Source of the DNA: the human T2T-CHM13v2.0 reference genome, Homo sapiens
Assembly: GCF_009914755.1 (NCBI RefSeq)
Contig: NC_060947.1
DNA: 64,000 nt
Reading direction: 5' to 3' (one strand)
Made by a program: the position numbers and the translations under genes. Numbering within the stretch: the first letter of the stretch is position 1; each line of letters begins with the position of its first letter. Below, piece after piece: positions 13,060 to 27,010 of the stretch. Under the pieces are notes generated by a model, which searched no databases, was not told the DNA's origin, and saw only the letters and a program-made list of their open reading frames with translations.

Positions 13060-16000
13060 TTAGCAAGTGACTTTAAATCAGCTATTATAAATCTGTCCAA
13101 AGAACTAGAGAAAATCCCATCTAAAGAATTAAAGAAATGTATGAGAATAACGTCTCATCAAGTAGTATATCAGTAAACAGATATAAAAAGAAACCAAATA
13201 GAAATTCTAAAGTTGAAAAATATAAGAACTGAAATTAAAAATAAACTGAAGAAGTTCAACAGCAGATATAAGCAGGCAGAAGAAAGAATTCGTGAACTGG
13301 AAGGTAGGACAATTGTGATTACCCAGTCTAAGGAACAGAAAGATAACAGAGTGAAGAAAAATGTACAAAACTCCAGAGACCTCTGAACACCATCAAGCAT
13401 ACCAAAATATACATAATGGAAGTCTGAGAAAAAGTAGAGAGTGAAAGAAGCATAAAGAATATTTGAAAAAATCATGGCTGAAAACTTCCAAAAATCGATC
13501 AACATTAATATATACATCCAAGAATCTCAATGAATTCCAAGTAAGATAAACTCAAAGAAAAGCACACCAAGACATCATAATTAAACTGTCAAAAGACAAA
13601 CATAAAGAGAGAATCTTGAATGCAGAAAAAGAAAAATGACTGATTGTATATGAAAGATTCTCAGTAAGATTAACAACCGATTTCTCACCCAATACTGTGG
13701 ATGACAATGGGATACCTACCATATTCAAAATACTGAAAGAAAAAACATGTGAACCAAACATTTTATATCCAGCAAAACTTACAAATGAAAGAGAAATAAA
13801 AACATGTCCAGATAAACAAGAACTGATAAAAATTTTTTACTATATCTGCCTGACAAGAAATACTAAAAAGAGACTTTTAGGCTGAAATGAAACAATACTA
13901 ACTGTAATTTGAAGACCATGATAAAATAAAGAACACTGGTAAAGGTAACTGCATGAGGAAATATAAAAGATGAAAGAAGTATAATTTTTGTTTGTAGCTC
14001 TGTGTTTCATCCTACCTGATTTAAAAGACAAATGCATAAAATAATTATAAATCTGCATTGATGAGAAAATAATGCATAAATAAAATATTGGTATGATAAA
14101 ATCATAGAAGATGGGGAAGAGAATGGAAATATATAGAATCAACAATTTTGTATACTATTGAAATTAAATAGAAATGAAACTGAACTAGACTATAATAATT
14201 TAATTGTAAACACCAGAGTGACCCAGAAGAAAATAACTCAGAATAAATAATAAATAAAATGACAAAGGCATTAAAAAGTTATACTAGGGGCCAGGCGTGG
14301 TGGCTAATGCTTGTAATCCCAACACTTTGGGAGGCTGAGGTGGACAGATCACTTGAGGTCAGGAGTTAGAGAACAGCCTGGCCAACATGGCAAAACCGCA
14401 TCTCTACTAAAAAATACAAAAATTAGCCGGGCATGGTGGCATGCCTGCAATCCCAGCTACTCAGAAGGCTGAGGCAGGAGAATTGCTTGAACCAAGGAGG
14501 CAGAGGTAGCAGTGAGCCAAGATTGTGCCACTGTACTCCAGCCTGGGCGAAGTATACTAGAAAACATCTATTTAACACAAAAAAAGCAGTGTTGGAAGAA
14601 TAGATAAAATGAAAAATAAGACATATAGAAATCCAAAGAAAAATAGCAGTAAATACCCACTTGTAAATTACCAAATTAATTGTACCTGGATTAAACACCC
14701 TAATTAGAAGGCAATATTGGTGGAATGGAATTTTTAAAAAGATACAACTATATGTGATCTACAGAAGACACAATTTAGATTAAAAGATATAAATAGGTTG
14801 GAAGTAATAGGATGGGAAATGATACTAGGCATACAGTACTCAAAAGAGAGCTGTTTTATTTTGTCTGATATTTATAACAGACAAAATAGACTTAAGACAA
14901 AAATTGTTAGTACAGATAATGAAGGGCATTGTATAATGATAAAACGGTCAATCAGGAAAATGTAGCAATTATGAAAATATATCACAGTTAACTTTAAAGC
15001 CCCCAAATATAATACGTAAAACAAAAAATGATTAAATTGAAGGGAGAAACAGACAAGTCCACAATAATAGTTGGAAATTTAAATTTAGTCACTGGTTAAC
15101 TTAAGAAATTTGCAGAGCCTCAAAATATTGCCTCCAAATTATTTACTAATTGCTAGAAGTTTTAAAAATTATTTAATACTCCTCACAAGAAGTGGAGCTT
15201 AATTCTAGTCTCATTGAGTGTCAGCCAAAGTTAGTCACTGAATTTCAAATAACAGACTATGAAAAGGGAGAAAAAAAAACCTACCAAACTTTAAAGTGGA
15301 GAAACCACCTCAACAAAAGTGATCAACATTAATATCACCAATAAGTTATGCTGACATCGTACAATACCGGATATTATGCAATGAGAAAGACACATCACTT
15401 CTGTGATACTCTTATAAAAAATCTGTAACTCCCCTCTAGTCATGAGAAAACCACCAAACGACTTGAAATCAAGAGACATTATAAAAAACAACTAATGAAT
15501 ACTCCTTAATAGTGCCAAGGTCATAAAAGACTTTCAAGCTTAAAAAGCTGTCACTGATTGGAGGAGACTAAGGCAACATGAAGAATAAATGAAATGTAGT
15601 ACTGACTCAAGTCTTGAATCCAAAACATAAAAGGACATTAGTGCAAAAACTGGGAAAAGGTGAATAAGAACAATGTTGAAGTACTTACATTATCAGATTC
15701 TAAAATATAGTATGAAGCTACATTAGTCAAGACAGAATGCCATTATCATAAGCATAGAAAGATAGAGCATTAAAACAGAAAAGAGTACAGAAATAAAAAC
15801 ACATATATGGTTCATTGATTTTTGTAAAAAGCACTAATATAATTCAGTGATTAAATGAAAGATTTTTCAAATGGTCCTGGAATAACTAAATATCTCTATT
15901 GAAAAACAAACTATGTTGTTATCCATGTATCTATTGACTGATCTACCTATTTATCTGGACACATACCTGACACCATAAACAAAAATTAACTGAAAGTGGA

Positions 16001-17950
16001 TCAAAACATAAACGTGAAAGTTAAAGCCATAATGTTCCTATAACACAAATAGAAGATTATCTTTGCACCTTTGGATTATGAAACAAATCTTAAAATGCCA
16101 AAAAAAACCACACTGGACTTGATCACATTTAAAACATTTGCTCATTGAATTACATGATTACAAAAATAAATAGGCAACACACAGACAAGGAGAAAACATT
16201 TACTGTCTCTTTCTCTCTATATATATAATCTTTATGTATGTATGTACATATACATATACATATATCTGACAAAGAATGTGATGTCAACAAAATGAAAGAG
16301 TAGGCAGCTCTAGGCTCTCATCCCTCATAGAAACATAGAATAAGTGGATACTTTTGGAACCAGTTTTTTCAGAATTCTGAAAATCTGTCAAAATTTACAA
16401 TAACCAAATGAACTCTGAAGAAAGAAAAAAAACCTCTTCAAAACAGTAGGAAGTAATGTGATGATTTTACTTACTCTTTTCCCACCCTCTTCCTGGCACA
16501 ATAGTAGTCTTGGTTCAGAAGCAAGGACAGCTTGCATTCCCAGTGTGGCACCCTTTCCCTGGTTCCAAAGTAAGAAGAGTAGAATTATTTCATATGGTTT
16601 TTCTAACTTGTCTGGGCACTACGTGGATGACTGACACAAGGCTTTCATCTTTGTTTTACCTAAGTCAAACTCAGGCCAGAAAAAGAACAAGCATTGCTTA
16701 AAAACACTGAAAGTCATACAATCCTCACATGTCTGAAGCAAATGACTGTAATAGAAACAAACAGTAGATTGCTAAGGCAAAAATCTGGGAAGAGCTTTTT
16801 TACTTCCTACAGTATTAAGCTGACAAATTTATGAAGAATAATTATGATTCTCTATTATTGGATGCACATTGTATAAGTTATAATTTGTGACAACATAAAG
16901 GGTGGAAAATGGAGCTGTATAGGAGCAGAGATTTTGTATGTTATTGAAGTTATGTGGGCATCAAATCAACTAAATTATTATAAATTTAGGATGTCACATA
17001 TAGTCCCCATATTAAACAAAATGTCTAAAAATCTATATACAAAAATATAAGAAGAAAATCAGTTCATAACAAAAAAGCAACTATCAACATTAAAGAAAGC
17101 ATTAAGGGAGGAAAAGAGGGACAAAAAATTTCTAAGATATACTTAAACAGCAAAATGGCAAAGGTAAATCTTTCCTTATCAGTCATTACTTTAAATATAA
17201 ATGGAATTAACTCTTCAATCAAAAGACATTGCTTGGCAGAATGCATTAAAATGTGATCCAACTATGTGCTGTCTACAAGGGATTCACTTTAGATATAAAA
17301 GACACAAATAGGTTGAAGCAAAAAAAAAGGAAAAAGATTTTCCTTGCAAATCTACAGCCACTGTAACAATATCAGACAAAGTAGGCATTAAATCAAAAAA
17401 AGCAAAAAAAAAGACAAGAAATGTCAATACTTATTAGTAAATGGATAATTCATCAAGGAGATATCAAAATTATAAAAATAAATATACTAACAACAGATAC
17501 CCAAGATATATGAAGCACGGTTTCACAGAATTGAAGTGAGCAATAGACAGTCACACAATAACAGTTGGAGATTTCAATTGAAAACATTCAAAAATGGATA
17601 GAGCATGTAGGAATAAGGTCAATAGAAAATAGAGGATTTGAACAACACTACAAACAAACTAGACTTGACAGACTTATAACACCTCACCCAACAACAGGAG
17701 AATACATAATCTTTTCAAGTGCACATAGAACATTCTCTAGGATAGTACACGTTAGGCTACTAAACAATTCTCAACAAATTTTGAAAGATTAAAATAATAC
17801 AAAGTGTTTTTTCTAATTACAATGGAATGATGCCGTAAATAAATGACAGAAGAAAAACTGAAAAGTCAGTGTGTTATATATTCAAGATACTGTGTCTTTT
17901 GCTCTATGTAATTATATCTCAATAAAATTATATATATATATATATAATTT
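13060..17950 (+). mobile_element. Mosaic of ancient L1M ORF1/ORF2/3' fragments
   Basis: Degenerate ORF1 motifs (catggctgaaaacttcca, agacatcataattaaactgtc) and endonuclease motifs (tgtctacaag, ttcaagtgcacatagaacattctc). A-rich plus strand. Confidence 0.7.
14289..14550 (+). mobile_element. AluS lacking its 3' end and poly(A) tail
   Basis: The Alu stops at gcctgggcga and is flanked by aagt(t)atactag on both sides. Confidence 0.85.
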
Positions 17951-18568
17951 GCTATGTTGGTACTATGAAATCATCAACTTAGAAACCCTCTTGCTTGTGT
18001 AACATAATGAAGATTAATATCAACTTCTATGAAATGAGCTCTCTCTCTGTCACCTGAATTAACAGTATATATGTACCCCTGTGACCCTTTAAATAACATT
18101 TATCACATTCTTTTTACGTTGTTATACAGGGTTTTATACCCATCTTTTGCCTCTGCTATTGCTTTAAAGGCAACTTTTTGTCTCTGCTATTGATTTGAAG
18201 GCCATAAAAGAACATATAAAAGACCATGTGTTATTCATCTTGGTTTCCCAGCATGGCACCCAGAAAAACATCTTGCACATTTTGTCAGAGGATCCTGGGT
18301 TATTATTTCATAAATAAATGAATGATTAAATAAACAAGTACTAATCAAAGTAATCATACCAGAAACCCTGATTTATGAGAAGCGCTAATGTCACTTCCTT
18401 TTGCAGTTATCTAGATGTCTTTAAAAATGAACCTAAATCTTTTATGGTATGAACAGTCAACAAGAGAATGAAGGATGCATGTGGAAAATTTGTGAAGGAG
18501 AGAAAACATGGATTCTTTACATTTTCAAAAGTCCTGAATATAGGTCATACAGTTAAAAGTAAAACCAG

Positions 18569-18860
18569 GGCTAAGCATAGTTGCTCACACCTGTAATACC
18601 AACACTTTGGGAGGCTGAGGCAGGTGGATTGCCTTGAGCTCGAGTTCGAGACCAGCCAGGGCAACATGGCGAAACCTCATCTTTATAAAATATCAAAAAT
18701 TAGCTGGGCATGGTAGCTTGTGCCTGTACTCCCAGCTACTCAAGAGGCTGAGGTGGGAGGATTGCTTGATCTTGGGAGGTCGAGGCTGCCGTGAGCCATG
18801 ATCGCCCACTGCACTTCAACCTGGATGACAGAGCAGGACACTGTTTAAAAAAAAAAAAAG
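18569..18860 (+). mobile_element. AluJ
   Basis: Diverged dimer with J-type gaggtgggaggattgcttga and gaggctg(c)..gtgagccatgatcg, plus an A-tail. Confidence 0.85.
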
Positions 18861-20515
18861 AAATCCATACTTAGAATTAATTAGTTCAGTGAAATAGCCA
18901 ATTTACAGATAGCAAACTTTTTTCTATCTTTAAAGAAAATATTTTGTCCAAACAATAGACAATGTAGACATTTCACACTTCATTCACTTTTTTGAGCCTA
19001 TTTAGATACAGACTAAAATGGAGAAAAAGTATGATCACTGTACACCTATACTTACTTATCTAGCCCTTATTCTTGTGTTTTGTTTTAAACTGACTCTTAA
19101 AATCTTGTCCGTTCCCGTACATTAACTCTCTGATTTTTGCAGATAACTCATAATCCTGGAGGCCTTTGATTACTACATAGTCAGTTTCCTTACAAAATTA
19201 ATCAGCTACAATGTTAACTCTCCCTCACAATGCACCTTAATATGCATTTCTAAAATTATTAACTAAAAATTTCTGTCTGACTTACTCCTGTAATCTTCTA
19301 GCCAGCATTCTTTGCTCTAGTCTCTGACATTTTTGCCATATCATTTCAGAATATACAGTGGAATTCTGAAGCTATGTAGGCTTGAATGTTCATTTTGACT
19401 TCATCTATCTCACTTTCATATCCTCAATCTATAGGAGTCAGAACTAGGGTCAAATCTTGCTCTGAGTGGCACATTGTGGGATATCCCCAAATTCCTATGA
19501 GACAATATAAAGCCTAAGGGCCAGGGATGTAAGAATGGTGATGGCTGTCTTCCTTACTCCTTTAGGATGTATGCTCTAAAGCAGTAGTGATTTTGTCTAG
19601 ATAGTTCACTGTTCTATCTCCCAGCCCCAACCATCATCAATGGGAACAATATAATGCATGGTTCAGGACTTAGGGCCTAGTGGGAGAACAGGAACTAGGA
19701 AGCAATAATATTTATGTATGTTGTTGTTATCATTGTCTAAGAAAGGAAGATTTTTGTTTGATCTGCTATGTCCCAAACACTTGAAACAATGGCAGGATTA
19801 GAGCTAGCCTCCCTCTGAGTGTCAGAATGTGGAATAACACCAAAATCATCGTAAGACAACATAGGGCCTATGTCTGGCCTAAACATCAGGGGTGGGTGGC
19901 GGGTATATGCCTCCCATTAACAAGAAAGCAAGCTCTGTGAGAACTGAGATTTTTGTCATTTTAATTGAAACCTCAGGGCCTCAGTTAGGGCCACGCCTCT
20001 CTGCGTATCAGGAGTGGTAAAAGTGCCTGAAACAGTAACTAGCATTCTAAGGTCAGTCCTATTGGTTGTGTTGTTGCAATCTGTTTTTCCACTGGAGAAA
20101 CACAGATCCTTACAACAAAACATAAAATAAACTCCACATGGTTTAAAGTTCATCATTCATGGGGAAATTTAAAAAAAAAAAAAACATAAAAATCAATACT
20201 ATTATCAGTTATGGTGATAATATGTAGTAAAAACATAAAACATGGGCAAGAATCATACCAAATTAATTACAGTGTCTGCCTATTCAAAGAATGGAAGTGG
20301 GATGGTACTGGGAAAGATATTTATTATCTGTAATTTTCTGACTGTTTAATAATATATATCTCTATCTATATCAAATAGGCCAAAATGTTGACACTTATTA
20401 ATTTTGGGTGGAGGTGAGAAAATGTTTGTCATATCTTTCATACTTTCCTATATTTTGATTTAATTTTGATAAATAAAATACAAAGATAATTGAAAATACC
20501 ATTATAGCTAATTAT

Positions 20516-20521
20516 TTTATT
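20516..20521 (-). terminator. Likely SPIN4 polyadenylation signal (AATAAA)
   Basis: The minus strand reads TGTAATAAA followed by a U-rich downstream tract. It would give an mRNA of about 4.1 kb from the CpG island. Other AATAAA hexamers exist, e.g. 21812-21817. Confidence 0.55.
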
Positions 20522-20619
20522 ACAATGTTTTCAGAATTAGATCTAGGTGACATAAAATACACAAAAGCATAAAGCCATCTGAATAGTACAGTCAACAAGC
20601 AACAACCAGTACAATCAGC

Positions 20620-22520
20620 AATAATAGAGAACTTTTAACTTTGTATGTCACAGAGAATGTATATACCTTTTTAATAAAAAGCCTGAATAAACCAATAACT
20701 ATTAAAGAAATCACAAAGCTGATTAAAAATCTACTATTAAAAGTGTCATCAGGATTAGATTGTTTTACACTTTGTCCTAGCTAACTTTTAACAAACAAAT
20801 AATTCTAATGCTATTTAAATTATTCCAGACCACAGGAAAAAAATTGAAAACTCACATATTCATATTTTTTTAAAGCTAGCACAACTTCAATAACAAAACT
20901 TGATAAAGATAGCATCAGAAGGACAAAATACAATTTTACTTTGGAATGAAAATGCAATAATTCTAAATTAAATACTGGTAAATAAAATCCACTCATGTAG
21001 CAAATCATTATTTCACAATGACCAAGTAGTATTTGTTCCAGAAATACAAGTTTGGTTCCACATCAAATGCCTACCATTCTAATTCATTACATCAACAAAT
21101 TAAAGAGAAAAAAAATCATACAATTTTATCAATAGATGCTGAAAAGGCATTTTATAAAATTCAGGAACCACTTCTAGCAATAACACTATAAAACAGGAAT
21201 AGCGGAAACTCTTAAACATGTTAATGACTACCTACTAATAACCAAAAGTAAATGTCATACTAATAGGGAATACTATTCCCTATTAATATTTTGCATTCTT
21301 ACTTCCATGAAAATTAAGAACAAGACAGTCACGTCTGTCATCACTCTTCAACATTGTTTTGAAAAATCCAGCTAATGTAACAGTAATCAGTATAAACATT
21401 AAGAGGAAATAAAATGATCTATATGTTCAGGTGAAATAATTTCATATCTAGAAAACCCAAAATATTATATTCTTAAAAATCTACTGTAATTTCAATGATT
21501 AAATAAGCTCATTAGACAGAAGATAAAAATACAAAAATCTATAGGTTGTCTATATTGTCAAAAATAGCTAATTACAAATGAGAAGAAAAAAACCAATTCA
21601 CAATGTCAAAATATGAAATAAAACTGTAAAAATACTTAGAAATAAATTCAGTTAGCTATGATATACTTACGTGAAGAATATTCCAATAACAAGACCAAAA
21701 GATTTCAATGATGTACGAAGACTCTTGAGTGCTAAGATTTAATATTATTAAAGAGCCCTCTAAACAAAAATGCAGGATTTTAATTGTGATGTCAGCCATC
21801 ATAATTAGAATTTTATTAAAATTCTGCATTTCATTTTTTCACATGAAAAAATGAATGTCTAGGACATATTATATAAAGAAAAAAAAAACTAATGAAGTGG
21901 GACTTGCTTTATCGGATTCTAAAACTTACGATGAAGCCACTATAATTAAATCATGATATTGGCTCAGAAATTTGAAAATGGGTAACATTTTAAATAAATG
22001 TCACAATCAGGTATCCAATGTGAACAAAATGTTATAGCTGGATCCCCATCTTACACCATATACAAAAATAAATTTCAGATGGATCAAACATTTAAACATT
22101 AAAAATAATAAAGTTATTAGAAGAAAATGTAGGTGAATATTTGTATGACTTTGGGTGGGGGCATCCATGTGATAAAAAAAGGAAACCAAAATCTATAAAA
22201 GAGATAAGGGTCTACCTAAAAAGTTTAAAAATTTTAAAGGAAAATATATCATCAATAAAGTCAAGATGAAAACGTCATAACACATTAGAGCTACAAATGA
22301 TTAATATGCACTATGTAGTAAGAATTTCTACAAATTTATAATGAAAAACATCAATAGATACATGAGCAAAGGGTAAGAACAGGCAAATCAGAGAAAAATC
22401 CAAACAGAAACAAGGACAGCAACAACAACAAACCTCTTTGAACTCAGACAAAAGGCAATTAAACTAACAAGCAATACAATGCAATTTTTAGCCTTTCATA
22501 TTTTCAAGCATTAAAGAGTG
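20620..22520 (+). mobile_element. Ancient L1ME-like ORF2 relic, antisense within the predicted SPIN4 3' UTR
   Basis: Degenerate ORF2 motifs: tcaatagatgctgaaaaggcatttt, aattaagaacaagaca, ctagaaaaccc, ccatatacaaaaataaat. Confidence 0.65.
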
Positions 22521-23338
22521 CTGGAGAGGACGCTGGAACGGGCGCTTTCATTTTGGATAGTAATCTTGTAATATTTCTGAAACATATGCCTACATAGTAT
22601 TTCTGGGAATCCAACCTATATAAATAAAAGCACCAGTATGTATTACAGCAGTGTTATTTTGAAAAAAAATAAAAAAAGGAAATAAAAGACGATCAATAAC
22701 GAAATGGTTGAATGCCTTTTTGGTACATCAACAAGTACTGTGTATTCAGCTGTTAGAGTAAGGGAGGGAGGGGGAGAGCAAGAGTGCAAGAGAGTAAGAG
22801 TGAGGGCCAGAGAGAGCCAGAGAGAGCAAGAAAGACTGAAGCTACTGATAAGAAGAGATATCATCTACATGTCAAGTGAGAAAAGCATGTGGCTTGCCAT
22901 TTTTACAGAAACTACTAGAACATACTTTCTGCATGAAGATGGGGAAAATAGGTGGAAGGATGTACTTCGCATCCTCAACACTTGTTTTCTGGGAAGAAAC
23001 AAGGTAAGGAAAGGAAGGGGTAAGGACGGGGTGTGGGTTTACACCATTAATTTTTCTTAATCTATTTTTGCATTGTTCCAATGGTTGCAAACACTTTTTA
23101 ATTTTCTATTAGCACCCAATTTAACTGTTAAGTTACAGAACAAGGCAATATCAAAAGTAGCAAAGTACACTTGAGGCAAAATTGTGAAACTAGTCAAGGT
23201 AAGATTTGTTGGCACAATAAAATTTATCCACTTTCCTGAATTTCTGACACCTAAACTCTTCTCTGCGTTCACAACTACGAGAACACAAAATAATTCACAT
23301 CTAACAGATCCACAACTTCTCTAAAGAGCACAAAGAAT

Positions 23339-24091
<753 letters not shown>

Positions 24092-24269
24092 TCAGGGATT
24101 AAGAGGGCTTGGGGAAAGCTGCTGCCCTGGTCGATTAAACTGACAAAAAGTCAACACTATGCAATATGATATATATATTTTTTGCGATCTCAAAGACCTG
24201 GTCTGTGCTCCCTTCTCCAAGTGCAAGGCTCTCACCAAGGTTTTGGCAGAAACGCTCGAACTCTAACCG

Positions 24270-24860
24270 TGAGCACTGGGACAGCGTGTGCCTCTCCACA
24301 GTGCTTTCCTCTCTCGCCCTAGAAGGGTTACTGCAGCAGTGGCGGCTGACGTAGAGATGGCGGGCTCGCGAGTGCTGTTCGTGCCTTGCGTCCGCCCCAA
24401 CCCCGACCCCAAGTCCCCGAATCGGCCACTTAGCTGTTGTCGATGCTGGTGCGGCTGCGGCACGGCGGCAGAGGAGACGACGGGGACGAAAGGCAAGGAG
24501 TAAGAGGGATGGCTGCAGCGGCAAAGGCGCAGGCGGCGGCAAGTCTCTGGGGAGTCCGCGCGGCCTGGGCTTCGCAGCGCTAGCTGGCTTGGCTTCACTC
24601 TGGCGACCGGGTCTTTGCGGCGCAGGGAACCCGCCCCCTCTGAGCCCGCCTGAGCCTTGGCCCCGCCCCCAGCCATCCCGCCTTCCGCTCTGCGGGCGGC
24701 AGCCGGGCTGGTCAGCGCGCGTGCCCGTGTTCAGTTTGTATTGACACACGCGCCCTCTCTTTCATTTCCTCCTCCGCCCCTCGACCGTTTCCCTCAAACG
24801 CCAGCCAGACAGGCCGACTCCCCTCCTCCTCCTTTCTGGCGGTCTGCTGCCCGCCAGCCT
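24270..24860 (-). promoter_or_regulatory. CpG island / SPIN4 promoter and 5' UTR
   Basis: The only extended CpG-rich, GC-rich stretch in the window. GC boxes (ccccgcccc 24661-24669), a YY1-like gagatggcgg (~24354-24363) and a ctcgcgag palindrome (~24365). Confidence 0.85.
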
Positions 24861-25689
24861 CCTACACAGTGGCTCCATCTGCTTTCTGTCTTCCAGGAAT
24901 TCCTCACTTAAAAAAAAAAAAAATGTAAAACACACGCACACCCAGAAAGAGTTTGTGCATACAAATTATTTTCTTTCAGTTTAAGATATTTAAGATGAGA
25001 ATAAAAACCCTGTGTACAATTTACAGACCACCATCTTAATCCAAAATCTGTTTTATATTTTCTACCTGATCATTTCTAGTAATTATTTTTATTTTTTTTT
25101 TTTTTGTCAGAATGTAAAGGTCATGTACTGACATTGTGGAGATCTTCTAAAATTCAGTGAAATAAAAGACGAAACTACCATTAATTTTACCATCCAGACT
25201 GCACCAAAATGTTAACAATACTGTTTTCTCTCCTATTAATAAACCTGTACTTATATTTTATAAAATTGGGAGCATATTTCATACTTTTATAACTTGTGTT
25301 TTTCATGTATATCATGAACATTTTCCAAGATTGTTAAATACTCTGAAAACATGATTTTTAATAGTAATATTAAATATTTGTAATATTCCTTTTGATAGTC
25401 CACTATTTATCCTACATGATCTATAACATAAGTATAAATAAAAACATTTTACCTTCATAAATGGATTTATTGTCTAAACCATTTTTTAAAAGAAGATTTA
25501 ATGACATGGAGAGCTGCACATGAGATGAGTACAATGAAAAAGCAAAATATTGAAACAATATTGTGGTCTTAATTTTGTAGAGAGAGAAAGAAGGGATTTT
25601 TTGTGTATATATTTGCTGTTTTTCTGATTATAAAAGTGCTGCATGCTTATATCGAAAACCTGCAAGAAAAGAAAGTGTCCATAATTTCA

Positions 25690-25755
25690 CTTACCTTAAG
25701 TCACAGAGCTGCTATGAGGATTAAATGAGAATGTCTGTAAAGCTTTTAACACTAT
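25690..25755 (+). mobile_element. MIR fragment
   Basis: cacagagctgctatgaggattaaatgaga..tgtaaagc.ttaacac MIR core. Confidence 0.55.
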
Positions 25756-26589
25756 ATCCCACTTACAAGATGACATTAAAATCCAGAAGAGTCTAGGGTT
25801 CTCATTTTCATTCCTCTACTCTTCACTGGTGAAAAGAGAAAGCGTCATATAATCATGAGTAAAAAAGGCAATTAATTCACCTGGAAACAAAACCGGGGCA
25901 AAAGCTGCAAGGTGTCAATACTGGTTGCCTGAACATTTCATTACCTTCCAAGTCAGTGACAGAGAGACCTAGTCCTCATTCTGTTTAATAGCTGGTCACA
26001 CAGAATGTGTAAGGATCCTCCAGTTCACCATGTTTCCCAGGCAAAGGACTTCAGAGATGGGATAATTCTTTAATGCCATATTACAAGATAGTAATTCCAA
26101 GGAAGAAGGTAAACTACATGTATGAACAGTTATTTCCAAACACTTAGAATGACATCGTGGTGTATATATATTCACACATATACACAACCTACACATTCAT
26201 ACTCAAAGTCAGAAGGTGAACGTATGTAAATGTTATGCCATTATGTTCCACAAATAATGTCTTCCAAATAATTCCCCAGACCAAGATACACCAAGCACTT
26301 TTTGCTCAGAAGAGCAGTTGACACATGAAAGAAGAAGATGACCCACAGGGCACACAAATGCAGGGAAAACAGTTTCCTCAGGCCTTTGGTTACATCCTTC
26401 AAGGGAATTCTTGCTTACAACCCCACAAAGTGGCCTGAAGAGACAAAAAAAAATTCGAATACCCTTTCTTCTCCAAAATTATGATTCTAATATTCAGACC
26501 ATTCACTAACATATAGATTTAAAAGGCCTTATCATGCTGATATAATGTTCACTTTGTATGACTCCCACTGGACAATAAACTTATTCAAG

Positions 26590-27010
26590 AAGGGATTTTT
26601 ATCTTGCATCCCAAATACCCTACACAGAATAGAGACTCAATAAACATTTGTTAAATGAATAAATAATTGCTTTCAGCTGCCCTGCCCCAATGCAAAGACA
26701 TCTTCCACAGTGAAACAAGTAGCCTTACACAAGCTTTTGACGACTACAGTTCTGGCAACTCAGGCTCTCCCTCAGCAATTTTATCCTTTTAAAACACCTA
26801 AATCACTGACCCTGTGAATACATGTGCCCATAAGTCTGAAAATGCTTAGGAGAAAACATTAAAGCAAGTGGGGCGGGGGCAAGCTTTCATCAACCTACAT
26901 GTGTGGATAACAATAAAACTTACCTCAAAGTGTAAGTGTGAGGATTAAATTAGATAAATACACACAAATCTCTCAGCACATGAACTGGTACATAGTAAGT
27001 ACTCAGTTGT
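26590..27010 (+). mobile_element. L2 and MIR fragments
   Basis: ctcaataaacatttgttaaatgaat (L2 3' end) and gtgaggattaaattagataa..ctcagcaca..ggtacatagtaagtactca (MIR). Confidence 0.5.

Noticed and set aside
22704-23060. 118-aa plus-strand ORF antisense to the SPIN4 3' UTR
   Set aside because: Driven by a GA-rich tract, with no homology I can recognise.
24135-24749. 204-aa minus-strand ORF across the CpG island
   Set aside because: Non-ATG start, low-complexity GC-driven composition, no recognisable domain, and not in frame with SPIN4.
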